DNA of 61,537 nucleotides, counting the filler. It is 14 parts of 14 records of this genome, joined end to end, with 100 filler letters (N's around TTAATTAATTAA, not from the genome) between each part and the next. Parts side by side here need not be neighbours in the genome. Positions count along the whole stretch, not along the records: positions 24,699 to 28,846 come from SRR7504441_68039; positions 28,947 to 32,396 come from SRR7504441_68045; positions 32,497 to 36,780 come from SRR7504441_68053; 11 more parts are not named here. One strand, given 5' to 3'. Below, piece after piece: positions 24,699-36,880 of the stretch. A program made the translations under genes and the position numbers. The notes below the pieces were generated by a model that saw only the letters and a program-made list of their open reading frames with translations, was not told where the DNA came from and searched no databases. Positions within the stretch are counted from its first letter, which is position 1. Each line of letters starts with the position of its first letter.

Positions 24699-25273
24699 CC
24701 GGTGCTCGCCTGCGCGTACTTGTTGCCCGTCGGTGGCGGGGTCGGCGGGGCATTGGTGTAGTCTAAGAGCGATACACTGAGCTCGACCGGTGCCGCCGCC
24801 TTCACCCATAGGTAGCCTTGGTACTCCTTGCCGGCTTGCAGGTACAGCCCTTCGTTGCCCAAGCCGCGGTTGGCCAGCCCGGCCAGTCCACTCCCCGAGC
24901 GATACTCGAGACTCAGCGCCGTCTGGCCGTGCAAGCCCCCGTCGACCAGCCGGACAGAGGCGTTGGCCGAGTCCGGCAGCAGCGTCTGCTGCCAGGTGCG
25001 CGGCTCCCCCGGGGCCGGCTCGAACGACTCACCGTACAGCATCTGGCTGCTGAACCCGCGGCCCTGGTGCACGTACCCCGTGTCCGAGTGGCAGCCCATG
25101 TAGAGCGGGTTGAGCTGATGGGTCGCGGCTCCGGCGTGCACAAGCACGTGCTCAATGGCGGGCAGGGCGCGCGCGCCTTGGACCGTCGCGAGCAGCAAAA
25201 GAGCCGCAGGCACGAAAGCGGCCGGCTTGAGGCGGAGGCAACACGCAGCTCGCGCAAGAGTGCTCGCAACCAT
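24699..25273 (-). CDS. Secreted GH51-like alpha-L-arabinofuranosidase, N-terminal part; 3' partial
   Basis: Signal peptide, then THQLNPLYMGCHSD...GFSSQMLYGESFE and GLANRGLGNEGLYLQAGKEYQGYLW. Confidence 0.72.
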
Positions 25274-25346
25274 GCTCGCCACAGTCGCTGGGAGGTGTTT
25301 GTGGCTTCCGATGCCGCTATTCCTGCCGTTATCAAGCTAACGGCAG

Positions 25347-26000
25347 ATGGCATGGAGCACGTCAGCCTCCGAGATCGGGAGCGGGGTGGTGGCGCTGCAA
25401 GTGGCGCTGCTGGCCGAGCGGCGGGACGCGCAGGAGGCACGTGACAAGCTGCTGGCCATTCAGCTGCAGGAGGAGGCCTGGACCACCGCAGTCGCGCACG
25501 GGCTGCCCCCGCGGCGCGGGCTAGCAGTATCGTCGCGACCCAACAGCCTGCCGGTGCCGGCGCGAGCAGAGGAGCGGGCACTGATGGAGGAGAGGCTGGC
25601 GGCGTTCGGGGTGCGGGAGCTCGAAGTCGCAGGGGATGGCAACTGCCAGTTCCGTGCCCTCAGCCAGCAGCTGTGTGGGGATGCGGGGCAGCACCGCAGG
25701 GTGCGGGCTGACGTGGTGCGGAAGCTTAAAGGCAGCGAGCACAAGTATAGATCGTTTGTGGAAGGGTCTTTCGGAGACTACATGCGGCGGATGGCATCTG
25801 ACGGCTGCTGGGGTGACGCCGTGACGCTGCAGGCGGCCGCCGACGCTTATGGGGCCGAGATTAATTTGATCACGTCGTACCCTGACCCCGCGACTTGCAT
25901 GCTAACTGTGCAGCCGGATGGGCCCGTCACCCGACGCATTTGGCTCGTGTTTTGGGCTGAGGTCCACTACAACGCGGTGGCAGTCCATCAAAACTTCTAA
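25347..26000 (+). CDS. OTU-domain cysteine protease (deubiquitinase)
   Basis: GDGNCQFRALS, WGDAVTLQAAAD, FWAEVHYN. Confidence 0.93.
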   Translation: MAWSTSASEIGSGVVALQVALLAERRDAQEARDKLLAIQLQEEAWTTAVAHGLPPRRGLAVSSRPNSLPVPARAEERALMEERLAAFGVRELEVAGDGNCQFRALSQQLCGDAGQHRRVRADVVRKLKGSEHKYRSFVEGSFGDYMRRMASDGCWGDAVTLQAAADAYGAEINLITSYPDPATCMLTVQPDGPVTRRIWLVFWAEVHYNAVAVHQNF

Positions 26001-26343
26001 CAATGCAAGATTCGATTGTGGCCAATTTTAATTAAACAATTGTACACGATGTTATTTACAGAATAATCCCGGCTCGAGCTCGTTGCCTGCGGTCAGTAGT
26101 GCACCTGTGCACCCCTCTCGTGTTGACCAATCCTGAAGCCGGTTGTTTTACAATAGCGCCATAGCTCTCGAGCTTCTCGTAATACATGTATCTCGTCGGT
26201 TACATCACTACGTTACATGCATGCACGTCTGGTTAGAGGCAAGACATCCAAACATCACCATTTCAGCATCTGAAGCCCGCTGCAGCTTTTGCACAGGCTT
26301 CAGGTCGTTGAAGGCGAAGTTGGACTTGTAGTATCTGCCGCCA

Positions 26344-26874
26344 CTAGGAGTGCTGTACTGCATGGAATGTGCCAGCGACAGCCCCCATGCTGAGCCGGCT
26401 GGCCGTGCAGTCGGTGGCATTGAAGCTGACCACATTGGCGCCGCTGCAGCCCGCCCGGCCGGTCGCCTCCAAGCTCCACTCGAAGGCCGCTCGCTGGCCG
26501 ATCTTAAACTGCTGGTTGACTCCAGCCGCAGGCCACTGGTCGACCTGCAGCTGACCGCATGGGCCAGCGTAGCTGAGGAATTTACCGTTGGCCAGCCTGA
26601 TGTAGAACCTGCCGCTCCCAGCCGGGTGCAGCGTCAGCTCGGCCACTGCTGAGTTTAGCGAGGCGTCGGGCGACACGAACCGATTCTGGCAGCCGGGCCA
26701 CGATTGCTGGCGAGCGGCTTCAAGGCTGTAGGTCCAGCCGGCAGTTGGTGTGTACGGCGAGAATCCGACCGCCGCCCCTAGCGGACTGAGCAGTCCTGCG
26801 GGGAGCACCAGGAGCGCCGTGAGCTTTGACAAGAGCGCGCATAGCGCAGTCGAGATCCGCGGGGCTCCCTTCAT
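26344..26874 (-). CDS. Small secreted beta-trefoil-like (ricin-B/fascin-like) protein
   Basis: Hydrophobic leader, then GRFYIRLANGKFLSY...VDQWPAAGVNQQFKI. Repeated Y/WSLEA units. Confidence 0.5.
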   Translation of the reverse strand: MKGAPRISTALCALLSKLTALLVLPAGLLSPLGAAVGFSPYTPTAGWTYSLEAARQQSWPGCQNRFVSPDASLNSAVAELTLHPAGSGRFYIRLANGKFLSYAGPCGQLQVDQWPAAGVNQQFKIGQRAAFEWSLEATGRAGCSGANVVSFNATDCTASRLSMGAVAGTFHAVQHS

Positions 26875-26912
26875 CCAGTTCGTTTTTCCGTTATTAATAC
26901 CGTTAGTCACCA

Positions 26913-28823
26913 ATGACCCGGCTTGTGTGGCTGATCGCCAGCGCAGCCGCCGTGGTGGCGCGTATCGGAGTGCCCAAACCCGGCAACTGTGGGGACACGG
27001 TGCTTGACATGACTCCCGGCGCGTGCGACCACCGGCCCACCGGCTCGTGGAACGCCACGGCCGCCGGCATCGCCGACCTGGCCGGGTGCGTCGCCGCCTG
27101 CCAAAAGTGCAGCCAGTGCGCGTACGTCTCTTTCAATCCAGCTGCGCAGAGCCCTACCGATCCGCCAGACTGCAGCTGGTACCGGGCGTGCGATATGGGC
27201 TCGCTCGCGGACATCAAAGGCTACACGAGCGAGCAGGTGAAGCCTGACTTGCCGCCCGCCCCGCCGCCCCCGCCCGTGAACGTGACAGTTTCTGTCCCGG
27301 CGGACGCCAAGATGACTCGGAACGTGTCCACCATCGTCACCATCGAGGTGGACGTGATGCCGTTCCTAGGGGAGCCAAAGAATGGCAAAACCGGAGGCGG
27401 CCCGGCCGACAAGGCGTTCTACTGGCTCTCCCAACTGGGAGCCGACATGGTCCGTTTCGCGCCGTGGTTTCCGAACGAGCGGATTGTTGTGGCCGAGCTG
27501 TACCCACCGGACTGCGCCCGGAACTACTCCAGCTGGAACATCACACTGCTGGACCAAATCTACGCCGACTTTGCAAGAGCTGTCGGGAACCACACAGTGG
27601 CGATGCAGCTGTCCACGCTGCCCTCGTGGATGCTCAGCGACGGCAAGTCGATCAACGACACGGACCCGAACCCGTGGGTGCCCGACATGGCGTATGGCCG
27701 GCAAGGCGGCAGTTTCAGGGACAAGACGTACGGTGAAGTGGCTCGGTACATTGCTCGAGCCGTGAGTTGGTTCACCAACGGTGGATGCCACGATGAGTGC
27801 GGCGTCTGGCACCCGAGCGGGCACCGTTATGAGTGGGCGGTGCTCTCGGTGCTGAACGAAGTGCAGCACGAGCACTTCTATCAAGGAATGGGGTCCGACA
27901 GTGCAGCGGTCGAGTACACGAAATGCTTTGACGCGATAGCCCGCGAGGTGGGGAAAGTCAACCCGTCGCTGGTGCTGATCGGCCCCGAACTCGGGCCCGA
28001 GGACTGGTACAAGGAGGAGTCGACCCAATTCATTGAATACTTTATGCAAGCCCAAAACCACGACAACGGGCGCACTCCACCACTGGTCAGTTTCCATTAT
28101 GCCAACCAGGACTGTGATTGGATCCCGCCAGCCAGACAGGACAGCTCGGACTATTTCCGGCAATTGGACTGCTGGATCGTCGGGGCGGTCCGCCCTCTTG
28201 AGGCGTTCCGACAAAAGGTCGCACCAGAGACAGGTTTCTTTTGTAACGAAATCTACGATGGCGATGGCAGCGGGGTGGCAGGACACACCATGCTCGGTGA
28301 CAGCCTGAGCTGGAACCTAGCGGCCTCCTGGTTTGGGGCCGCTGTTGGGTTCATGGCTGAGCTCGGGTTCCGTTTGGTCGGGCAGGACCAGCTTGCAGGT
28401 GGGCCAGGCCCCGACAACTCAGCGTTTGTGAGCTGCCTAGACTGGGAGACCGGCCGGCCAAACGCAAAGTATTATGGGATTCAGATGCTCGCCGCGGCAT
28501 TTGGCCCTGGGGGTTGTGACGGGCCGCAAGGTGGCTGCTACAAAGCGCTACTGCCTAGTACCAACACAACTGAGATTTATGCACTGCCTTTCCGCCGCGA
28601 CGACGATGGCGGCAAGAAGCGTATGTTGCTCGCAAGCAAGCTCAGTGTGCCGATGGCTGTCACGCTCGACGGAGGGTGGTGTGGCAGCGGTACTGCTAGG
28701 GTGCTTGAGGCGGCAGCAGACATGAAGGAACCCGGCTTTGAGCCACCAAGGGACCGGGCCTTTACTGGTGGCCGGATTGCCTTGGCACCGTATGCCTTTG
28801 CCACGCTACAGTGCGATGGTTGA
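26913..28823 (+). CDS. Secreted GH39-like (clan GH-A) glycoside hydrolase with N-terminal Cys-rich PAN/apple-like module
   Basis: Signal peptide; CVAACQKCSQCAYVSF...DCSWYRACD; poly-Pro linker; VLNE (acid/base), VSFHY, FCNE (nucleophile), LDWETGRPNAKYY. Confidence 0.75.
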   Translation: MTRLVWLIASAAAVVARIGVPKPGNCGDTVLDMTPGACDHRPTGSWNATAAGIADLAGCVAACQKCSQCAYVSFNPAAQSPTDPPDCSWYRACDMGSLADIKGYTSEQVKPDLPPAPPPPPVNVTVSVPADAKMTRNVSTIVTIEVDVMPFLGEPKNGKTGGGPADKAFYWLSQLGADMVRFAPWFPNERIVVAELYPPDCARNYSSWNITLLDQIYADFARAVGNHTVAMQLSTLPSWMLSDGKSINDTDPNPWVPDMAYGRQGGSFRDKTYGEVARYIARAVSWFTNGGCHDECGVWHPSGHRYEWAVLSVLNEVQHEHFYQGMGSDSAAVEYTKCFDAIAREVGKVNPSLVLIGPELGPEDWYKEESTQFIEYFMQAQNHDNGRTPPLVSFHYANQDCDWIPPARQDSSDYFRQLDCWIVGAVRPLEAFRQKVAPETGFFCNEIYDGDGSGVAGHTMLGDSLSWNLAASWFGAAVGFMAELGFRLVGQDQLAGGPGPDNSAFVSCLDWETGRPNAKYYGIQMLAAAFGPGGCDGPQGGCYKALLPSTNTTEIYALPFRRDDDGGKKRMLLASKLSVPMAVTLDGGWCGSGTARVLEAAADMKEPGFEPPRDRAFTGGRIALAPYAFATLQCDG

Positions 28824-28946
28824 TTGCATTTAACTAAAGTATCGGCNNNNNNNNNNNNNNNNNNNNNNNNNNNNNNNNNNNNNNNNNNNNTTAATTAATT
28901 AANNNNNNNNNNNNNNNNNNNNNNNNNNNNNNNNNNNNNNNNNNNN

Positions 28947-29411
28947 CCACCACCGACGCGTTTCGAGAAGGATGCCCCGGTCTCAGCAGGGTGCACAGCC
29001 GGCGCAATGGCGCCACTTGTGAGCGCTGTGATGAGCTGGACGAACCTGGATGTCCTCAAGTATCTGCAGGTCCGCCCTGGCTGCTTACAGCTGTAGCCCG
29101 CTCATCGTCGCGACAGGCTGGTGCTGCCGATGTGAGCATTCCAGATGCAACAGTGGCAGGGCTCACTGCTGGTAGTGCTGAACTGTACATGCGGTTTGCG
29201 TGCATGGATGAGGCGTTTAGTTGTGACCTGGACGAATCCGAGTGGAGGACACTGGCCAACATGAGACTCGCCGCAAGGCGGTACGTGAACCTGCATGTGC
29301 AGCGCTAGTAGTGACTGCGGTGGCAGATACGTGGAGAAGCACCCGAAGGCTCGACGTCTGCTCCGACAGCTAGCGGAATACCACGAGATAACGACGCAAC
29401 CAAAGCAATAA
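28947..29411 (+). CDS. C-terminus of a patatin-like phospholipase (iPLA2-gamma type); 5' partial
   Basis: YMRFACMDEAFSCDLDESE...MRLAARRYVE resembles the YFRFN...LDE...EYI end of PNPLA8-type proteins. A 46-nt intron leads to the stop at 29411. Confidence 0.55.
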
Positions 29412-29674
29412 TTGATCAGGCTTCTCAATCTACAGCTCATCTACAGCTGTAGAACTTCTAGAATGAAAATTACAATTCCTGGCGGTGCATTAGCCTACGT
29501 GATTGTAGATGGATTAATAATTATGAAGTACATAATTGTAAATACGAATATTTTAAGATAAGAGTGAACTATTAAAGCCTGCCTATTGATGGAAACCAAT
29601 TCTTTATCACCGCACCCTCTGCACGAGTACCTGACGCCGGCAAAATCGTCGATTAAAGCCTAATCATAGCCTAA

Positions 29675-32396
29675 TCAAAGCCAAAGTTCTGTGGTGGCCT
29701 GTCCTTTTGGATCCTCCCGGTGCACATTGTGACTGCCTATGCCTTGCGGCTCCTCAGGTTGTACCATCATGGCCTCGTCGACAGTCTTGCCAACGTGCTC
29801 CACCATGGCGATTCCAATGTCGGGTGTATCTCGATCATCTTCGTCGTCATACATCGGGTTTACATCAACTTCGATATTATGAGAAGGCGGATACACCAGT
29901 TTTGAAACGCTGGAGGCACTGACATGTCGTCCGATTGCACCGATACTTCCCAACCAGGAATCGTCTGGGCCAAACTTGACCAAGCACAGAACACCGAGCT
30001 CTGCTGCGCAGAGGCACACATAGAGCACAATAGCAACAGTGCCAAACTGCATGTCGAAGACAACACCCCAACCTGCCAGCCAGCCAAGAACCACGACAAA
30101 GCCCTGGGCTGAACTCATCGCTGCTGAAGCCATCACCTTCGATGCAAGCTTGTACTGAAATGATCGTTCAGTGCTCCGCCTCCTGCAACAACAAGAGTCG
30201 GCCCCTGCGTCGGTAGCGCGGGCGCTGTACCGGGATAACGCACGGCTCTGCAACCAAATGGTCAGCGGAGCCAGCAGCAGCAGCAGTGGGCTCGCTGGTC
30301 CGAACACGGCAGCAACAACAATCGCGCGAACCACAAATTCAGCATCGTCTATGAGTTCAATGGCCTCCCTTTCGGCATTGGTCCCAAGTAAACGACCCCA
30401 CGACTCCGGAAGCAGGCCCTTGACACACTCAGAGACTCGCTTTGAGATGGGCAGCGCCCATATCAGCCAGATGGATGTTTGGAGCAACGCAGCAAACATG
30501 GCGAACTGGAGCCAAACGTACATAAATGATGCTATCTGTACGAATGCAACATTCAGGATATGGCCACTATTATAGGCCAGGTGTACCAGCTGCCGTGAAC
30601 AAAATCCGAAGCGGTACGCTTCTATGCCTGTCATACCGATGCCCCTGGAAAATCCAGCAGGATGAGGATCTTGCCAGGCACTCAACTTGGGACGCACCAC
30701 TGATCGAGCAGCAAAGAAAGAGAATCGTCGAAGCTCACATAGTACCTCAAGCATGACTCGTCGAGAACCAATACAGTCACCTGCGACACAGAACCAGCAC
30801 ACTCATACTTGACCAGGCAGATAAGGCACAATTGGTGCAATCAGGTATGCAAAGAGGGTTGTCGCCATCTTGACGTTGCCTTGAGTCTTAAAGAAGGAGA
30901 TGCACCCAGGAGAGGTGAGAGGCACTTTGCGCCCATGCCTGATCCTTGCCAACAGTGTCGATGCTGGGTCGACGAGGATCACTTTCAGCAGTGCGTTGAA
31001 AACCAAAAGCACAGTCGGATCGCTAAGGATTAGAAGCACCCAGGAAAGTCCGTCTCTTGATACATTGTTCAGCAGGATATCTGCAGGAATGCGACATGGT
31101 CAGACCAATGACTATGAATAGCAGGCAGGCACTAGAGCGCTATTATGGACACGGCAGCCGAGTGGAGTGCTAGAGGCATGACAGGCTGTCACATGCAATG
31201 GGAGGAGCCGATATGAGAGCAAAAAGCGGTAGGTGGCCCAAGTAGAACAGTGTACGACGAAGCCAAAGGCTGAGAACTCTTGCCTCGGCGAAGTTGTCTT
31301 TCCACGATCGCAGGGCTGCAGAGCATGGCGAAATTTGGAACAATCTGATCTCCAGAGTATCAATCGTCCTATGAATCAGATGCATCGAGCCAGGGAGCCT
31401 AGAGTTCAGGTTTTTAAGTCGCTCGATGGCTATAGCAGCCGCTGTGTTCACCAGCGAAGAAAACACGACAAACATGCATTCGTAGAGCGCTGTAGGATCA
31501 ATCGGAGCGATAGTTGTCTGGAAAAGAGGATCCACGTCGTTCCGGTCTTGGTACACTGTCGGGCCAACCCACAGATTGCATGCCACCAACGCAGCTCCGC
31601 CGACACCCAGCGCCAAAGCAAACGTCAAAGCGTCGTCCAGGTACCACAGCAGGACATGTCCCTGATGGTCATGGTGGCGGAAATAGCCCAAGAGGCTCGG
31701 GCCTCCGTCCACCATCACATTAGCCAGTATCGTGGCAAGATGAAGCACGATCAGGAGTGGTAGCATCACCCACACCACTTGCTTGTAAGTGTTGTGGCCG
31801 GCGAAGATGCCATGCCCCCCCTGCAGTCAACCGTGCGTCAAAACAGTCCCGGCCACGATTATGACCTGTTTGATCCGGTCCTCTTTGCACAGCCTGCCGG
31901 GTTGAGTCGAAGGCAGCACTGCACCCGAGCTCGTTACTTGAGTATTGCCACTGAACGCCTGCACCCACGAGAGTCAGCCGATTGGGTATTTCGGACACGC
32001 GCCAGAACAATTCTGTTAAACTTTTTTGGCGTGATCTCGTCCAGCACAGGAACGAGAATGGTGACATTATCGTGCGGTGGATCTAAATCAGTCTGCACTA
32101 TGACCTCAATGACTTCGGTGCTCGCCAAGAGATTCATTGCGCGCGTTCCAGGATCTGTGAAAGTGGCTCCTTCCTTTGACAGATTCTTGGCTCCGTCCAG
32201 CTTCACCGCGTTTCCAGAAAGATAGTTCTGCAACAGCGCGTCAGCGTGCCAAAAGGGAGGATAACTACCCCCGATAGGAGAAGTGTCTGCAGATTTACTG
32301 CGCCTTCCAAGGTGTCTGTGCGTCCTCGAATGTAATTTCGAGCCAGGCTCAGGGTCTCCATCTTCCACGAGCTTATACTCCTCCTGGTGGCATTCC
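29675..32396 (-). CDS. Multi-exon multi-pass membrane protein of unknown family; 5' partial
   Basis: Successive minus-strand ORFs (31934-32368, 31170-31778, 30803-31039, 29675-30802) with many TM segments, linked by short GT-AG introns. The exact exon structure is not fully resolved. Confidence 0.6.
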
Positions 32397-32496
32397 NNNN
32401 NNNNNNNNNNNNNNNNNNNNNNNNNNNNNNNNNNNNNNNNTTAATTAATTAANNNNNNNNNNNNNNNNNNNNNNNNNNNNNNNNNNNNNNNNNNNN

Positions 32497-35400
32497 GAGC
32501 TGGATCTAGGGGCTCAGGCTGTTGGTACATCTAGCCGCAGGGTATCGCCGCTAGGCAGTTATTCTGTGTTTAGAATGTATATATAAGATGGACATGATCA
32601 AGTATGATATACATCCGAATTAGCATGGCTCCGACCTGCGCCTTGACACCGTCGATGAGGTTATTGGCGAGTTTGTCAGCGGGCTTCAAGACCTTGTCGA
32701 TGAGTGGCTTCCCGACAAACTTGTACAGTCCGTCCAGCGCTTCCGTCAACAATCCAACTGCGAGCAAGCTCAGTATGAAACTCGGCCAGTCAGTGCCATG
32801 TCACCTGTGAGAAAGTTGACCACAGCGGGGATCGCCTGCTTCCCGAGTGACTCGATGTATCCGTAAATAGTTTGCACAATGTTTGAGAGTGCACTCCCGA
32901 GCCACTCTGACGCACAGGAGCCAGTCGCGATTGCCACATTCACCCCAACTGAAGCGGCAGGTATCCCGATAACTCCACCGACGTCCGCAACCCACTCAAA
33001 GATCTGCGGCATCCATGCATCTACTTGGGCTTGCAGCCAGCCGATGAGCGTGTCTCGCACAACTCCCCAGACGATTTCGGCGATTTGAGCGGATGAAGCC
33101 TTTCCTTGAAGCGTTTTCTTCAACACATCGAGCGCCAAAGTCTTCTCCTTTCCAGGTGGCAGGTCACGAACCTTGGTGAGGCCAAAGTGGACCTGCTTCA
33201 TAATTCCCTGGAGCAAGCCATCTACTCCCATTGAGACACTCAGCTGCATGCCATTGTATGCGTCCCCGAGCACGAATTTGCCAGCAGTGTTCACAACCGT
33301 GACAAACCCCTTCACAAATACTGACTGAACCAGCTTTCCGATCCATGAATCAAGCGATTTACCAATGACATCCGTGAAAGAGTTGAGCGCAGCTGCGGTC
33401 GCAGTGATCGTTTTCTTGATAATCGGGTCGAAGCACTTGATTGCAGGCACGGTCACACCGAGTTGGTCAATTCCAGAGATGATCAAACTCGACCACTGCT
33501 CGACATCCATGAATTTGCTGCTGTCAAGCATCGTACCGATCTTTGCCAATGCTGCTTTGAACGTGCTGGCTATCCCCCCAAATACTGCTTTCAGATTATC
33601 TTCGAACACTTCGGCGATGAAATTGACATCTTCCGCAAACGTTTTACCCCTCATGTCACTTGCGTAGCCCATCAACTGAGCTGTCCCTTTGTTGTGCAGA
33701 CACTTGAAGAGCTTGATCGACTTCTTGAAAAAGTCCATCATTTCAGTGATAAATGAAGACTGCATCAGCACACTGGGCCCGGTTTTGAGGTGTTGCTTGG
33801 TCGACCGGAGCTTTGACAGCAGTTGGCGCATTCTTGGTTCCATGTCGGTACCCTTGGACTGGGAGAGCACTTGCTGCAGCAGCTCCTCACTCGAATCGAG
33901 CATGCTGGGCAGCTTTTTGGAGCTATCAATCAACCGCCGAGCATCTTCGATAGTTCCCTTTGCCTTGTCTGCTTGGAGGTTGGGGAATCGTTGCTTGTGG
34001 ACTTGAATCAGAGCTTGGCTAAAATCAGCCAACGAAGGCGTCGCATGTATTTGAGGATCAAAGTGTGCTGAAAAGTGGCGATGCATCCACCTGGGCATGT
34101 CCTTCTGAGCCTCAAGATGTTCATGAAACGTCGGATGAGCACGCTCAGATTGAAAACCACTCTTCAGTGGTTCCAGCAGGCCAGATCGGATCTCCTCCAA
34201 TTCTATTTCTGGGTGGTCATGGTCGAGTTGTAAAAGAACCGCCTGGTGGCAAGACGCCTCCTTTCCAGCACATTTCCATTCTCTGTAAATTGTCTTGTAA
34301 ATGGCAAAGTTCGTCTCAAGAGTTTCCTTAATCTTTGGGCTGATATTGGACGTTACAACAGAAAGGATCTCTTTCCCGAGCCCGGACACGATGCCTGTCA
34401 CCTCAGGAGGAAGCTGATTGTAGAGCTCCTTGATCGACCCAATCCATCGTTCGACTTGTGCCCCAAGGCCCTTGAGAACAGGGTTGACATGCTTGTCCAG
34501 CGCTTTGCCACCAAGTTTGGCCCCGAGTTCCGGCAGAGCGAAGAGAACATCAATCAGCTGCGAAAACAAGAACGGGATAGCTTTGGCAAATAGGGAGCCG
34601 GCCAGTTGAGTCACGACAGTCCACGCAGCCTTCACTGGTTCGGAGATACCAGAACCGATTCCTTCCATACCCCACATGGTGAAGGGTGCAGGCTCGGCCA
34701 AGATTTCCTCAGCAACGAATGACGCGATTTCAAGGAGGCCAGCGGACGCTTTTTCGACAATCCAGTCCCACCAACCTGGCAGGCTTTTCTGGACCCACGC
34801 CATAACGATGCCCTCGACTGTTGTTTTGAGGGCAGCTACACCTCCTTGGAGAAGATTTGACAAATTCAGCTTTCCAGTCAGAAGGCCCTTTAGCTCAGAC
34901 ATGATCTTTGCCTTTTCTGATTCCGAAACTGAGTTGCTAAATGCCTGCAGCTTGAGTGTCACCATTTTTGAGGTTTCAACCAGTTGATCGTCAACCAGTT
35001 GCTGAACTCCAGCTTGAACGACATCGAACGCCTTCTGTCCGATGATCGCTTTTCCTGCCTGAGGTATAACCTTCTTTGTAAATGCCTTCCAAAAGTCTGT
35101 GAGCAATGGTTTGATCCCTTGTCCCCAAGGGACGGCGATCAACCAATTCGTGACCACCTTGAAGACATCCGCACCACTTTTGGTCTTGAGCTGTGCTAGT
35201 GTAATGCCATGCGTGGAGTCGGTTTGCATTAGCTCCAGTTGTGACCCTGCGTCGATTACGTCCTGGGCCTTGTTGATTAGCGGCATAGCACATCCAATCA
35301 CAGGGTCAAGCTTGCCCATCTTCCGCACCTCTGCAGTCACTGACCCGGCAAGCTCTTTGAAATCAATGGTGTCACCGTTGAAGATTTTCTTCATCACATA

Positions 35401-36735
35401 TGTGCTGCTGGACACGCCCATGGAAGTTGCCTCCAGAACCTTTGGGAAGAAATTCTCAAGCCTGCCGGAGAGCTCTTCGAGGTACTTGTCGGGGTCGCCA
35501 ATCAGAGTCTTGAAGTCTCCCACAAATGATTTGCTCACCTGTTCAAGCACGCATGTCACTGTCTTTGCGCCAGCTGCAATCAGGTCTGCGATTTGTTTGA
35601 GCACTGACAGCGCGTCTGTGATCTTCGAGACTACCCACTTTATTGCCTTGATCCCTGTGTCTACTGCTTCCTTTGCTGTTGCGAACAGGCTTTCGAAGAT
35701 GTTTTGTTTGCAGCAAACATTTGTAGTGAGGTCTCTTGAGGGGCACTTTATGTTGCAGCCCGAAAGCCCCCACCCCTGTGTGTTGGCACCGCACTTGTCT
35801 TGGCAAGGGCAATGCTTGTAGCAGCGCCCCGCAACGTTTTCAAGGCCTGGAGCGCAATCTGGGATCTTCCCCACACCCCTACCATAAGTGTCCTTGCAAA
35901 AGGCACCCATGTCCGTGAATCCAGGCGGACAGTTTGGCGTGCAAATGTTACACCCAGTGTACCACCCAGTGTGGAAGTTCCCCCATCTGCTGCATTTCGG
36001 ATAGAACAAAAGAAGGCATTTCTCACAGCTGTTATACGCGCGCGGTGGTGGCGGTGGTGGCGGACCCCCCCTGCCGAGCAAGTGGCGGTTGGCGCCCCTA
36101 TCATCCTCTTCATTGCTTGTCATGGCGAGCAAGCGGCGGTTGGACCCGCTATTGCTTGTCATGGCTAGCAAGGAGGTGTAGCTGGCCTCTTCACATGACT
36201 GCAAGGAGGTGTGGCCCCATCCTCTGCCCTGTGGGCCTGGTTTATTGCACCCCCCGAGCCCATTGTCTGAAAACCCAGAAGGACAGACCTTCCTGCAGAT
36301 GCAACACCCAAAGGAAGTGTACCCGGGGCGGCACTTGGGGTAACAAAGCGCTCCAAAGAGCTCATGCCCAGCCGGGCAAGAGTTTGGGATTGAACCCGTA
36401 CCGCAGGTTATCTCACTTCGCATGGCCACTAAAGCTCCCTCTGCGGCGAGCTCAGAGCGCTGGTTAGGCGCCGCTTCTGGAGCGTTCTCCTCTTGCTGGC
36501 TCGCCTCCCGCTCGAGGAGATCGAAGTGGGTGTCTTCAAGTTGGATCAAGAGCTCGCTGGCGTGGCTGAGCGCGTCGGAGTAGCTCGCATGGGCAGCCCG
36601 GAGCTGCTGCTGGTCGCGGATATAACGGTTCGAGTCCCTGATTTCGTCGAGTCTCGAGCGCATTGCGGACGAATGGGCTGCTGGGTCGGAGGTCGAGGCC
36701 TCGATCCCTGCCCGGACCTGGAGCAGCTCGCTCAC
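32497..36735 (-). CDS. Large protein with Cys-rich CYPKC/YGRG repeats and a duplicated ~400-aa helical domain; partial
   Basis: 1327-aa ORF plus exon 32570-32767. Repeats: GALCYPKCRPGY...CPSGFSDNG...GRGWG and FYPKC...CPPGFTDMGAFCKDTYGRGVG. Confidence 0.85.
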
Positions 36736-36880
36736 CTGTCGGGCCACGCTCAATACCCGCCCGACTCGATCGGATCGCGCNNNNNNNNNNNNNNNNNNNN
36801 NNNNNNNNNNNNNNNNNNNNNNNNTTAATTAATTAANNNNNNNNNNNNNNNNNNNNNNNNNNNNNNNNNNNNNNNNNNNN

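Noticed and set aside
29281-29336. Intron start GTACGTGA echoed by the next exon ATACGTGG (intron gain by duplication)
   Set aside because: Only 6 shared bases, and the pattern is not seen in other introns.
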